From Bacteroidales bacterium (GTDB lineage Bacteria; Bacteroidota; Bacteroidia; Bacteroidales; UBA932), in NCBI GenBank assembly GCA_004552965.1, contig SFMU01000002.1, positions 3,344 through 67,343 of the forward strand: a DNA stretch of 64,000 bases. Reading direction: 5' to 3'. Both the position numbers and the translations under genes were made by a program. The notes beneath the pieces were generated by a model. It ran no database searches and was not told the origin of the DNA. It was given only the letters and a program-made list of their open reading frames with translations. This document shows, piece after piece, positions 46,818 to 56,635 of this stretch; position 1 is the first letter of the stretch, and every line of letters starts with the position of its first letter.

Positions 46818-49437
46818 AATTGCATTCTACTGTTAGCGGTATCGATAATCTTGCGACATTCTCCATCTCGCCGACAACGATTTCCCTGAGAGTTCCGACC
46901 TCGTCCGGGAAAGTGTCGAAGAGAAGTTCGTCGTGGATCTGGAGCACCATCTTGCTGCGGAGTCCCTCTTTCTCAAGCCTGCGGTCCACGGCGATCATCG
47001 CCATCTTTATGATGTCGGCGGATGTGCCCTGGATGGGCGCGTTCACTGCATTCCTCTCGGCCAGGGCGCGGATTGTGCCGTTTTTGGCATTGATTTCAGG
47101 AATATACCGCCTTCTTCCGAATATGGTTTCCACATAGCCGGTCTCGCGGGCCGCCTCCAGAGTCCCGTCGATGAACGACCGGATCGACGGGAAGCCTGCA
47201 AAGTAGTCGTCGATGATGCGTCTAGCCTCGCCTCTGCCGATTTTCAGCCTCTGTGCAAGACCGAAGGCTGAGATGCCGTACATTATTCCGAAATTGGCGG
47301 TCTTGGCGATTCTGCGCTGGTCCGGTGTGACCTCTCCGACGGGGATGCCGAAGATTTTGGCGGCTGTCGCCTTGTGGACATCGACACCGTTCCTGAAGGC
47401 TTCGATCAGATGTCTGTCGCAGCTGAGGTGAGCCATGATACGGAGTTCTATCTGCGAATAGTCGGCAGACAGGATGAGTCCATCCGGGGAAGACGGCACG
47501 AAAGCCTTCCTGATCTCCCTGCCCCTTTCGCTCCTTATCGGAATGTTCTGAAGGTTCGGGTTCGAGGAGCTCAGTCTACCGGTCGCGGTCAGAGCCTGGT
47601 TGAAAGTCGTGTGGATCTTGCCGTCGGAAGGGTCGATGAACCGTGGAAAAGGCTCTATGTAGGTGGACAGCAGTTTCTTGACAGAGCGGAATTCCAGTAT
47701 CTCCCCGACGACCGGATGCTTATCCGCTATCTCTGCAAGGGTGGTCTCGTCTGTCGAATATGACCCGTTGGCATTCTTTTTCGGCTTGTCCATCAGTCCA
47801 AGCTTGTCGAATAGCATTTCTCCGATCTGCTTCGGAGAGGAAACATTCAGCTCCGGCTCTCCGGCCAGTTCCCTGACCTTGGCCTCGAGGGAAGCCATCT
47901 CTGTCTGCAGGTGGGCGGTATATTCTTTCAGCGAACCTATGTCCATCCGGACACCGTTCCTTTCCATCTTCGAAAGCACCTTTGTCAGCGGTTCCTCCAT
48001 TTCTGAATATATCCGGTTCATCCCTTCCTTGTCAAGTGTTTCCGAAAGCCTGCTCTCGAGCAGCAGGATGATCGCGGCTTCACGGCCCCTCTCTTCCGGG
48101 GTCGTGTCTTCATATCCGGCGAACAGCGAACCTGTCGCAGCCTCGGAGGAGGACTTGTCCTTCCCCAGGGTCATTCCCAGGAATGAGGCTGCGAGCGAGT
48201 CCAGTTTGTGGCTCTTCTCCGGGTCCAGGATGTAGTGCATCAGGTTGATGTCCCTGAGCTCTCCTTCCATCCCGATTCCCGAGGCTGCGAAGGCATTCGT
48301 CATCTTCTTGAGGTCTTCCCCGCATTTGGTTACTGCCGCATCCGAGATGGTCTGGGCGAAATCCTTCGGAGTGCCCACGGAATAGTGGAAGCCCTCTCCT
48401 GCCACGCAACCGATCACGACACGGCCGGCCGGCTGGAATATTCCCTCGCCACAGTAGTCTGCAATGATCGAACAACGCCCCAGCCTTGCCGCCTCCTTTC
48501 TGATAGCGGCAGCGCTGACGGCGGAGACGTCCAGGACAGGTTCCTTCTTTCCGGACTCTGATGCTACGGCTTCTCCAAGATATTTCTTCAGGGAGGTAAA
48601 CTCGTATTTCTCGAACAGGTCGGCAGCCAGAGGACCGTAGGAGGTGTTGACCTTCATGCTGGCAGTCTCGACCGGGACTTCTATGTCGGTCTTTATCGTG
48701 ACAAGCTCCCGGCTCAGGGAAATGTGGCCTGAAGCCTCTTCGAACATCGCTTTCTGCTTTGCGGAAAGTTCGTCCAGATGGTCGTAGATTCCCTGGACGG
48801 AACCGTATCTGGCAATCAGTTTTCCCGCTCCGACTTCTCCGACACCCTTGACTCCGGGTACATTGTCGGCCGTGTCTCCGCAGATGGCAAGCATGTCTAT
48901 GACCTGCAGAGGGGACTTGATTCCGTATCTTGAACAGATTTCCCCGACGCCGAGGATCTGGTCGTCTCCTCCGGCTTTGCCAGGCTTGTACTGGCGGATG
49001 TGCTCTTCCACCAGTTGCCCGTAGTCCTTGTCGGGCGTGACCATCAGGACATCAAGACCCTCCGATGCGCATCTTTTTGCCATCGAACCGATGACATCGT
49101 CGGCCTCGAAGCCTTTGATCATCAGCGTCGGGATGTTGAGGGCGCTGCAGATTTCCCTCAGCGGTTCCAGCGAATCGATGACCAGCTGGGGAGTCTCAGC
49201 CCGGTTCGCCTTGTATTCGGGGAACATCTCATTCCTGAAAGTTCCTCCCGGTGGATCGAAGGCGACGGCAAGGTAATCCGGTTTCTCCTTTGCGATCAGC
49301 TCGAGGATGTACTTTGTGAAGCCGTACAGGATTGACATGTCGGCTCCCTTGGAATTGATCATAGGCCTTCGCAGGAAGGCATAGTACATTTTGAATATGA
49401 GGGCGTGCCCGTCGATGAAATATATTCTTTCCCGCAT
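46789..49437 (-). CDS. polA: DNA polymerase I
   Basis: 5' nuclease IDGH/EADDVIG/GD.ADN.PGV.GVG; polymerase TGRLSS.NPNLQNIP, DYSQIELR, AKTANFGIMYG, QIHDEL. Confidence 0.97.
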   Translation of the reverse strand: MRERIYFIDGHALIFKMYYAFLRRPMINSKGADMSILYGFTKYILELIAKEKPDYLAVAFDPPGGTFRNEMFPEYKANRAETPQLVIDSLEPLREICSALNIPTLMIKGFEADDVIGSMAKRCASEGLDVLMVTPDKDYGQLVEEHIRQYKPGKAGGDDQILGVGEICSRYGIKSPLQVIDMLAICGDTADNVPGVKGVGEVGAGKLIARYGSVQGIYDHLDELSAKQKAMFEEASGHISLSRELVTIKTDIEVPVETASMKVNTSYGPLAADLFEKYEFTSLKKYLGEAVASESGKKEPVLDVSAVSAAAIRKEAARLGRCSIIADYCGEGIFQPAGRVVIGCVAGEGFHYSVGTPKDFAQTISDAAVTKCGEDLKKMTNAFAASGIGMEGELRDINLMHYILDPEKSHKLDSLAASFLGMTLGKDKSSSEAATGSLFAGYEDTTPEERGREAAIILLLESRLSETLDKEGMNRIYSEMEEPLTKVLSKMERNGVRMDIGSLKEYTAHLQTEMASLEAKVRELAGEPELNVSSPKQIGEMLFDKLGLMDKPKKNANGSYSTDETTLAEIADKHPVVGEILEFRSVKKLLSTYIEPFPRFIDPSDGKIHTTFNQALTATGRLSSSNPNLQNIPIRSERGREIRKAFVPSSPDGLILSADYSQIELRIMAHLSCDRHLIEAFRNGVDVHKATAAKIFGIPVGEVTPDQRRIAKTANFGIMYGISAFGLAQRLKIGRGEARRIIDDYFAGFPSIRSFIDGTLEAARETGYVETIFGRRRYIPEINAKNGTIRALAERNAVNAPIQGTSADIIKMAMIAVDRRLEKEGLRSKMVLQIHDELLFDTFPDEVGTLREIVVGEMENVARLSIPLTVECNYGNNWLEAH

Positions 49438-49485
49438 CTGTTTCCCAAAATGAATAAGTGTTGGCCATTTGATTCTCCGGGACCG

Positions 49486-50622
49486 TCAGAGACGTATCTC
49501 GCGCCTGACAGTCATTGCCTTGTCGGCATATTCGATGACAGCCCCCTCGAGTGGGATGCCTCCGAGGGTCTCGCCGTCTGTTTCAGCCGCCCAGACATGG
49601 GGCGACTTCATCCTCAGGATCGGTATGAAGAGTTCTTTGTGGGTCTTGCGCAGGTTCTTGCCTATGCCGGTGTTCCACTCGTGAACTTCCATCGCTTCTG
49701 CAGCCGGCAGGGCGCGGCGGGGAATCTCGATTCTGCGCTTCCCGCTGACCAGATACATCCTGCCTTCTGTGGAACCCCCGTAGACGTTGACCATCAGCAT
49801 CCCGTCCCTCAGCCGTACGCTCATCTGGTCGTCAGTGTCCCTTCCGGTACATCTGTACTGCAGACGGTACCAGTCTCTGCGGTCGGAAAACTCCGCCAGA
49901 AACCATCCCCTGGGCGCTCCGCAGTTCATGAGTGAATACGGAAGCCCGTCTTCACCCTTCTGCCCGCGCCACCATGAACCGCACAAGGCACCTCCGAGAA
50001 CCTGCTCGAAAGCCACGTCGTCCGAAAGTTTCAGAGTGTTCCTTCCTACCGTGTGGGTGTGCCCGCAGACTGCCAGAACCCTCCTGTGGTTCTTGAAAAC
50101 CGTTGCCAGCGAGTCTTTCGCCTGAAATTCCGACAGCGGTATGTGGCAGGTGACCACGGTCCGCATGCCTTTGGGAGTCTTCGCCATCACGGAATCCAGC
50201 CATTCCTTCTGGTCCTCTCTCAGACCGCCTTCGTAGCCGTTCGGCCCCTCTCTGACATCATCCAGGGAGATGAACCTTACCCCCTTGAGGATGAAGGTGG
50301 TGTCGGTGTATCCCATGACCTTTCTGAAAGTGGTCATGTCCCTTTTCTTCCCTTTCTCGTGATAGATGTCCCTGTCATGGTTGCCGGGACAGCAGATCCA
50401 CTTGAAAGGCAGCGAGTCCAGACTGGCCTTCAGGCTGTCCAGGAGCCCGGGCTTGTCATTTACCAGATCGCCCAGCACTACTGCCAGGTCGATGCCCTTG
50501 AGGTCACGTACTTCCCTGATTGCCTGCCTGGCATATTCAACCTCAGCTGGGCTGTCTGCCTGGGGGTCGCCGATGAAAACGACTCTTAGCGCCGCGGCAA
50601 GAAGAAAGACTAATGGCTTCAT
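49486..50622 (-). CDS. Calcineurin-like metallophosphoesterase
   Basis: GDPQ, LGDLV, PGNHD, HIP, GHTH, GALCGSWW; ATG at 50622. Confidence 0.85.
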   Translation of the reverse strand: MKPLVFLLAAALRVVFIGDPQADSPAEVEYARQAIREVRDLKGIDLAVVLGDLVNDKPGLLDSLKASLDSLPFKWICCPGNHDRDIYHEKGKKRDMTTFRKVMGYTDTTFILKGVRFISLDDVREGPNGYEGGLREDQKEWLDSVMAKTPKGMRTVVTCHIPLSEFQAKDSLATVFKNHRRVLAVCGHTHTVGRNTLKLSDDVAFEQVLGGALCGSWWRGQKGEDGLPYSLMNCGAPRGWFLAEFSDRRDWYRLQYRCTGRDTDDQMSVRLRDGMLMVNVYGGSTEGRMYLVSGKRRIEIPRRALPAAEAMEVHEWNTGIGKNLRKTHKELFIPILRMKSPHVWAAETDGETLGGIPLEGAVIEYADKAMTVRREIRL

Positions 50623-50635
50623 ATTCAGGAATATG

Positions 50636-50983
50636 TCACTTCTTGAGAAGTTCGTCGATGTGCTCGGCGTAGTCCAGGGTCGAGTCGAGGTAGAAGACAA
50701 TCTCAGGGATGATGCGGAACTGCTTTGCCACCTTGTGGCCGAGTTCGCCCCTGAGCCCCTTCACATCTTCATTGAGCATGTTCATGACTGCCTCCGCCTT
50801 TTCAGACGGGAATATGCTGACGTAGGTCTTCGCCACCGAAAGGTCGGGACTAACCCTGACCTCGCTGACGGTGACCATGGCTCCGCCGAAAGCTGCCATG
50901 CCCTTGCTGCGGATGATTTCTGCAAGGACCTTCTGGATTTCCCTGGCGACCTTGAGCTGTCTTGTGCTTGCTGGCTTGTCCAT
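50636..50983 (-). CDS. rbfA: Ribosome-binding factor A
   Basis: RQLKVAREIQ, VTVSEVRVSPDL..AK.YVS, R.IPE..F.LD. Confidence 0.95.
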   Translation of the reverse strand: MDKPASTRQLKVAREIQKVLAEIIRSKGMAAFGGAMVTVSEVRVSPDLSVAKTYVSIFPSEKAEAVMNMLNEDVKGLRGELGHKVAKQFRIIPEIVFYLDSTLDYAEHIDELLKK

Positions 50984-50984
50984 A

Positions 50985-52274
50985 CTATATCACGTTGATG
51001 ATGAAGTAGTTCTTCTTGCCTTTCTGGGCCAGGATGTACTTGCCGTCCATAATGTCCTTCTCGCTGACCTCATAGTTGATGTCGGTGACCTTGTCCTTGT
51101 TGATGCTGACACCTCCTCCGGCAGTCATCTTCCTGGCCTCGCCCTTTGAAGGGAAGACTCCGGTCCTGACTGCGAGGAAGTCAAGGATGTTGCAAGGCAG
51201 CTCCGACTTCGGAACATCGAAGGTCGGAACACCGTTGAAGACGGCCAGGAAGGTCTTCTCGTCAAGCTTGCGCAGTTCCTCCGAAGTGGAGTTGCCGAAG
51301 AGCATCTTCGATGCGGCAAGCGCATTGGCATATTCAGTCTCCCCGTGGATCATGATGGTTACTTCCTTGGCGAGGAGCTGCTGGAGGGATCTGCGTCCCG
51401 GATCCTGGCGATGCTCTTCTATCGCGGACTCGATGGTCTCCCTGTCCAGCATTGTGAATATCTTGATGTACTTTTCGGCATCGTCGTCGGCGACATTGAG
51501 CCAGAACTGGTAGAACTCATAAGGGGAGGTCTTCTTCGGGTCGAGCCAGATGTTGCCCTTCTCGGTCTTGCCGAACTTTGTGCCGTCGGACTTGGTGATG
51601 AGAGGGCAGGTGAGGGCAAAGGCCTGTTCGCCGAGGGTACGGCGGATCAGTTCGGTTCCGGTAGTGATGTTGCCCCACTGGTCTGCTCCTCCGAGCTGGA
51701 GTCTCACTCCCTCGTGCTCGTACAGGTAGAGGAAATCGTAGCCCTGGAGAAGCTGGTAGCTGAACTCCGTGAAGGACATGCCCTCCGAGGAGTCACGGCT
51801 GAGACGCTTCTTTACGGAATCCTTGCTCATCATGTAGTTGACAGTGATGAGCTTGCCGATGTCTCGGGCAAAGTTGATGAAGGTGTAGTCCTTCATCCAG
51901 TCGTAGTTGTTGACAAGTTTTGCGGCGTTCGGAGAGTCGGAATCGAAATCAAGGAACCTGCCGAGCTGTGCCTTGATGCATTCGACATTGTGACCGAGGG
52001 TCTCCTCGTCGAGAAGGTTGCGCTCCGCAGATTTCATCGAAGGGTCTCCTATCATACCGGTTGCTCCACCCACAAGAGCGTACGGCTTGTGCCCGCAGTT
52101 CTGGAAATGCTTGAGAATCATGATACTGACCAGATGGCCTATGTGAAGTGAGTCTCCTGTCGGATCGATGCCTACATAGGCGGCTGCCGGTCCTTTCATC
52201 AATTCTTCTTCTGCTCCCGGGGTGATGTCATGGATCATTCCCCTCCACTTGAGTTCTTCTACGAAATTCTTCAT
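50985..52274 (-). CDS. tyrS: Tyrosine-tRNA ligase
   Basis: [34 protein letters not shown]-terminal S4-like domain. Confidence 0.97.
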   Translation of the reverse strand: MKNFVEELKWRGMIHDITPGAEEELMKGPAAAYVGIDPTGDSLHIGHLVSIMILKHFQNCGHKPYALVGGATGMIGDPSMKSAERNLLDEETLGHNVECIKAQLGRFLDFDSDSPNAAKLVNNYDWMKDYTFINFARDIGKLITVNYMMSKDSVKKRLSRDSSEGMSFTEFSYQLLQGYDFLYLYEHEGVRLQLGGADQWGNITTGTELIRRTLGEQAFALTCPLITKSDGTKFGKTEKGNIWLDPKKTSPYEFYQFWLNVADDDAEKYIKIFTMLDRETIESAIEEHRQDPGRRSLQQLLAKEVTIMIHGETEYANALAASKMLFGNSTSEELRKLDEKTFLAVFNGVPTFDVPKSELPCNILDFLAVRTGVFPSKGEARKMTAGGGVSINKDKVTDINYEVSEKDIMDGKYILAQKGKKNYFIINVI

Positions 52275-52413
52275 CTGTATCTTTTGACGATTTATTGTAA
52301 TCCAATATGTTCTGAAATATGCAAATTTAGGTAAAAAATAGTTAACTTTGCCGTCTGCATGATAATATAATCATGGTATTATCGGAAAACAAACTGTAAA
52401 AGCATATTTTGAA

Positions 52414-53169
52414 ATGAGAAAGAAGATCGTAGCCGGAAACTGGAAGATGAACACTACCGTTCCGGAGGGCGTTGAACTCGCCAAGGCAGTCGTAGCAAAG
52501 TCAGCAGATGTCCCTGCAGACGTCAAACTCATCATCGCAACTCCTGCAACCCATCTCGTCCCTGTGGCAGAGGTAGTCAAGGGTTCTGCAGTCGGCCTCT
52601 CTGCCGAAAACTGCGCCGACAAGGAGAAAGGTGCCTATACCGGTGAGATTTCCGCTGCAATGGTTGCATCTACAGGTGCTGAATACACCATTCTCGGACA
52701 CTCCGAGCGCCGTCAGTACTATGGCGAGACCGATGCAAAACTCGTCGAGAAGACAAAGCTCGCCCTTGCCAACAATCTCGGTGTCATCCTCTGTGTCGGA
52801 GAGACCCTTGAAGAGCGCGAGGCCGGAAAGCATTTCGATGTGGTAAAGGCACAGACCGTCAATGTCCTTGCCAACTTCACCGCTCAGGACATGAAGAACA
52901 TCATCATCGCCTATGAACCTGTCTGGGCAATCGGAACCGGCAAGACCGCAACGGCAGAGCAGGCTGAGGAGATCCACGCCTACATCCGCAATGTCCTCGC
53001 CGAGCAGTTCGACGCCCAGGTCGCAGAGGACACCACAATCCTCTACGGAGGTTCATGCAAGCCTTCCAATGCCAAGGAGCTCTTTGCAAAACCGGACATC
53101 GACGGTGGCCTCATCGGCGGCGCAGCACTCAAGGCTGACGATTTCATCGCCATTGCCCAGAGCTACTAG
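52414..53169 (+). CDS. tpiA: Triosephosphate isomerase
   Basis: [33 protein letters not shown]. Confidence 0.98.
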   Translation: MRKKIVAGNWKMNTTVPEGVELAKAVVAKSADVPADVKLIIATPATHLVPVAEVVKGSAVGLSAENCADKEKGAYTGEISAAMVASTGAEYTILGHSERRQYYGETDAKLVEKTKLALANNLGVILCVGETLEEREAGKHFDVVKAQTVNVLANFTAQDMKNIIIAYEPVWAIGTGKTATAEQAEEIHAYIRNVLAEQFDAQVAEDTTILYGGSCKPSNAKELFAKPDIDGGLIGGAALKADDFIAIAQSY

Positions 53170-53190
53170 TCCGCTCCATCCTTAACGGCA

Positions 53191-53237
53191 GAAAAGACCG
53201 ACCGGAAAGTCAATTCGACTTTCCGGCCGGCTTTTTC
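53191..53237 (+). terminator. Intrinsic terminator of tpiA
   Basis: CCGGAAAGTC-AATTC-GACTTTCCGG core stem followed by T-run. Confidence 0.85.
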
Positions 53238-53320
53238 ATTTGTATCTGTAGCCCGGGTCGCCGTGCCGAAGCAGATTGAGAGACGGATCAGAATGATTGA
53301 AGTGAAGGTGCTGTCGGCTG

Positions 53321-53545
53321 TGCTCCGTGGCAGATGGTGCCGGGAGGCATTGGCTCCCGAAAAGGGAAGGGACCCACGAAGTGGGAAGGACCTCCCGGCA
53401 CCATCTGCCACGGAGCAATCATGAACCAGCTATTTCTCCAGCATGGGCATTGGCTCCCGAAAAGGGTAGGGACCCACGAAGTGGGAAGGCCCTCCCGGTA
53501 CCATCTGCCACGGAGCTGTCATGGACTGGCTATTCCTCCGGCATA
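53321..53545. repeat. REP/MITE-like palindromic element (53321-53417) inside a 100-bp-period tandem duplication (53346-53445, 53446-53545)
   Basis: Perfect 27-bp inverted repeat TGCTCCGTGGCAGATGGTGCCGGGAGG; the two 100-bp units differ at 11 positions by my count. Confidence 0.9.
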
Positions 53546-54924
53546 AACATCGGATCCCAGGCAGGAAGCAACTCCGGCTTCTGCTTCAGCATATTCAGAA
53601 CATCCGCAGGAACATATTTCTCTTCTGCGACCAGACGGAACATATATTCATCGAACCACTCGTCAGTCATGATGTAGTTGCCCTTGTACCCCGCAGAAGC
53701 GCCCCAGCTATTCTCTACCATCCACTTGACAGGAACACCATCCTTGATGTCCACGGCAATCAGAGTCATCGCATGCGAAGAACCACTCGCATGAGTCATG
53801 ACCCTCTCCTTCTTGTCCATCCCGAAAGACGTCCCAAGCAAAGACTCATAATCATAATTGGCAAGATCCAGGACTCCACGCTTCCGGTCGGCGAACTTGC
53901 CGACATCACAAGAGAAATACATCGCAGTGTCATCCTTGATGGACGCAATTGCAATCTCCTTGATCCTCTCGATCGGAAGATTCACATACAGCCAGTTGCC
54001 ACCTTCATAGACATGCCTGTCAAAGTCTATCTCATACACCTTGCCATACTCCCTCGTCGGATCGTTCATCAGCATCACATACCCCTTGTTGAGATCCTTG
54101 CCCACAAACTCGTCGCGGAATGAAGCAGGAGTGTATTTCTTCGTGCTGACCAGCTCATCCTTGGCATTGTAGAAACTCCACTCGAACTCGACAGGAGGCT
54201 CACCCAGGCAGAGCACCAGAATCCTGTAGATTTCCTTGAGCATCTCCTTCTTGAGGTTCTGGCAATCCTTGGCCTTAGCCTCGCGAAGTCTCAGCCCATA
54301 TTCACGCAGCTTCGTGGAAAGCTGGACTCTCATAGCCGAAGTGTTCTCCGAACAGTAGGTCTCCGGCATCGTTTCCGAAGGCACGAGCCCGTACTTCATC
54401 ACCAGGTTCGAAACCCCCGTAAACTGCCCGCCATCGCTCAGCGGATTGCTGAACAGCCAGTCGACCTTCCTGTCATCGAAGCCCAGGTCCTTCGTGTCGA
54501 TCACACCCTGAAGGAACAGATTGGCTTTCTCGAGCTGGTCATAGAAAAAGAGATAGTTCTGGGAGAAAGTGAATTCGCCCATGTTCTTCTCCTGGATTGC
54601 CTTGGCCCTGAGGACATTCAGACCGGTGAACAGCCAGCAGCGTCCCGATGACTTCTGGTCGGTCCTCCCCTTTGTGGTCACCATGTCTGAGAAATGCGTG
54701 TCTATCATGGCCGCATTCTCGCTGTTGGCAGCAAGGACGGACATGGAAGTCGTGTTCAGGGCATTCTTGATTGCCTTGTCGGACGGGGTGCCCTTGTAGC
54801 CGGTCCTGATTTCATTCAGAATCTCTTGAGTGATAGCGCCTTTGGATGTCTGTCCACTGGCAAGGAAGCCTGATGCCATCATGAGAATGATGGTGGCGAA
54901 AGCGGTTTTTCCTCTCATGTTCAT
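53530..54924 (-). CDS. pepC: C1B family cysteine aminopeptidase (PepC/bleomycin hydrolase), secreted
   Basis: QKSSGRCWLF, FFYDQLEKAN, DGGQ, HAM, VENSWG, LPAWDPM; signal peptide; start 54924 or 54918. Confidence 0.92.
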   Translation of the reverse strand: MNMRGKTAFATIILMMASGFLASGQTSKGAITQEILNEIRTGYKGTPSDKAIKNALNTTSMSVLAANSENAAMIDTHFSDMVTTKGRTDQKSSGRCWLFTGLNVLRAKAIQEKNMGEFTFSQNYLFFYDQLEKANLFLQGVIDTKDLGFDDRKVDWLFSNPLSDGGQFTGVSNLVMKYGLVPSETMPETYCSENTSAMRVQLSTKLREYGLRLREAKAKDCQNLKKEMLKEIYRILVLCLGEPPVEFEWSFYNAKDELVSTKKYTPASFRDEFVGKDLNKGYVMLMNDPTREYGKVYEIDFDRHVYEGGNWLYVNLPIERIKEIAIASIKDDTAMYFSCDVGKFADRKRGVLDLANYDYESLLGTSFGMDKKERVMTHASGSSHAMTLIAVDIKDGVPVKWMVENSWGASAGYKGNYIMTDEWFDEYMFRLVAEEKYVPADVLNMLKQKPELLPAWDPMFMPEE

Positions 54925-55009
54925 TGAATCGTTTGTGGTCTGTTTCCATCAAAATTAATCATTTCTTTAGGCAAAAACGAAGAAAAGTCAGTAATTTGCA
55001 TCTTTGAAT

Positions 55010-55966
55010 ATGCTGAAATCCTGGAAAACAAAGACTATTCTGCTTCTCATCGCGACCATCGCCCTGGCTCTCTTCGACCTCTGCACGGGCGGAGGCGGAC
55101 TGTCCCTGCCGTCCGGAATCGTGTTCGACAGAATCCGTCTCCCGCGAATGCTGACCGCCGTCTTCTGCGGCGCCTCCCTTTCGCTGTCCGGCCTTCTGAT
55201 GCAGGGCATATTCAGAAATCCTCTTGCCGACCCTCACATCATGGGCGTCAGTTCGGGCGCCGGAGTCGGGGCTGCAGTTGCCACACTGGTGTCAGGGACA
55301 GCCCTTCCGCTGACCATCTCGAGCCTTACCGTAGCAGGATCGGCCTTTCTTGGAGCCATCCTTTCAGCCCTCCTGATCACTGCCGCCGCCTCCAGATTCA
55401 GGGATTCCGCCACCCTTCTGGTCTTCGGAGTCATGCTCGGATTCGTTTTCAGCGCACTGATTTCGATTCTTGAATATTCAGCCTCGGCGGAGAGTCTGAA
55501 AACCTATTACAGCTGGTCTGCAGGCAGTTTCTCGGGAAGCAGGACAACCGAAGTCGTTTTTCTCGGAATATGCCTGCTCGCAGGTCTCGTCATTTCATCC
55601 CTGCTTTCCCGCCGTCTGGACATCATCCTTTTCGGCGATGAATATGCCCTCCTGGTTGGCGAAAAACCATCTGCAATCCGGATTGCCGCACTTGGCGCCG
55701 GTTGCCTGATGACGGGAGCGGTAACCGCTTTCTGCGGCCCTCTCGGCTTTGTCGGGATTGTCGGTCCCCACCTGTCAAGGGCCTACCTCGGCACTTCAGT
55801 CCATCGGCGGATCATCCCTTGCACTGTCTTGGCCGGAGCCGCGCTCTCGCTTGTCGCCGACATCATCTCACAGGTTTTCCCGACCCCGCTGCCAGTCGGC
55901 AGCACAATCGCGATGATTGGTATACCGATTGTCCTCTACATCCTCATATCTCACAGAAATGCTTGA
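55010..55966 (+). CDS. FecCD/BtuC family ABC permease
   Basis: RLPR, Q.IFRNPLADP..MGVSSGA, GPLGFVG.VGPH. Confidence 0.9.
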   Translation: MLKSWKTKTILLLIATIALALFDLCTGGGGLSLPSGIVFDRIRLPRMLTAVFCGASLSLSGLLMQGIFRNPLADPHIMGVSSGAGVGAAVATLVSGTALPLTISSLTVAGSAFLGAILSALLITAAASRFRDSATLLVFGVMLGFVFSALISILEYSASAESLKTYYSWSAGSFSGSRTTEVVFLGICLLAGLVISSLLSRRLDIILFGDEYALLVGEKPSAIRIAALGAGCLMTGAVTAFCGPLGFVGIVGPHLSRAYLGTSVHRRIIPCTVLAGAALSLVADIISQVFPTPLPVGSTIAMIGIPIVLYILISHRNA

Positions 55967-56570
55967 ACTTCGGAATCTTACAGTAGGCTATCGCAAAGTG
56001 GCCGCTGGACCGCTCGACCGCTCATTCGCCGATGGAGAATGTGTCATGCTTTGCGGCTCCAACGGAAGCGGCAAGACTACTCTGATGAAGACGATTGCCG
56101 GCCTGATACCGCCTCTGGGTGGCTCATTCAGTGTCAGTGGCAAGACTGTCATGGTTCCCACCCGGATCAGCAAGGTCAAAGGATTCACGGTGCGCGAATT
56201 CATTCAGACGAGCATCCGCACCGGCATTGCCGGAGCCTCGGATGTGCGCGAAGCTGTGGACAGGGCTGTGGATCTGTTGAGACTTGGGCATATTCAGAAT
56301 TGCGACATCAGCCATGTCAGCGACGGAGAATTCCAGAAGGCTTGCATTGCGACAGCATTCACCCGCGACTGTTCTGTGATGCTTCTGGATGAGCCGACTG
56401 CATTCCTCGATGTCGCAAACAGGATCATGGTTCTGAGTACCCTGAAGGAAATCGCTTCTGCAACCGGTACCACGGTCCTTTTCTCGACCCATGATATCCA
56501 CGACGGAGCGATCTATTCCGATTCGGTCATTGATCTTGGCGGCGGAAGCCTGATCCCTCCTGTTGCCTGA
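55959..56570 (+). CDS. ABC transporter ATP-binding protein (BtuD/FepC-like)
   Basis: GSNGSGKTT, SDGE.QK signature, LLDEPTAFLD, STHD; ATG at 55959. Confidence 0.88.
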   Translation: MLELRNLTVGYRKVAAGPLDRSFADGECVMLCGSNGSGKTTLMKTIAGLIPPLGGSFSVSGKTVMVPTRISKVKGFTVREFIQTSIRTGIAGASDVREAVDRAVDLLRLGHIQNCDISHVSDGEFQKACIATAFTRDCSVMLLDEPTAFLDVANRIMVLSTLKEIASATGTTVLFSTHDIHDGAIYSDSVIDLGGGSLIPPVA

Positions 56571-56610
56571 AAAAAAAGTTTGACCCTGCTGTTTCCGGCA
56601 GGGTCAAACT
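56570..56610 (-). terminator. Terminator of the Hc1-like gene (possibly bidirectional)
   Basis: AGTTTGACCCTGC/GCAGGGTCAAACT 13-bp stem with adjacent A-run. Confidence 0.85.
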
Positions 56611-56635
56611 CTTGATTGGTCTTTGGCAAGGATTA

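Noticed and set aside
53321..53545. CRISPR array or small ORFs (MADGAGR...) in the repeat region
   Set aside because: Only two units, no unique spacers and no cas genes; the ORFs on both strands are by-products of the palindrome
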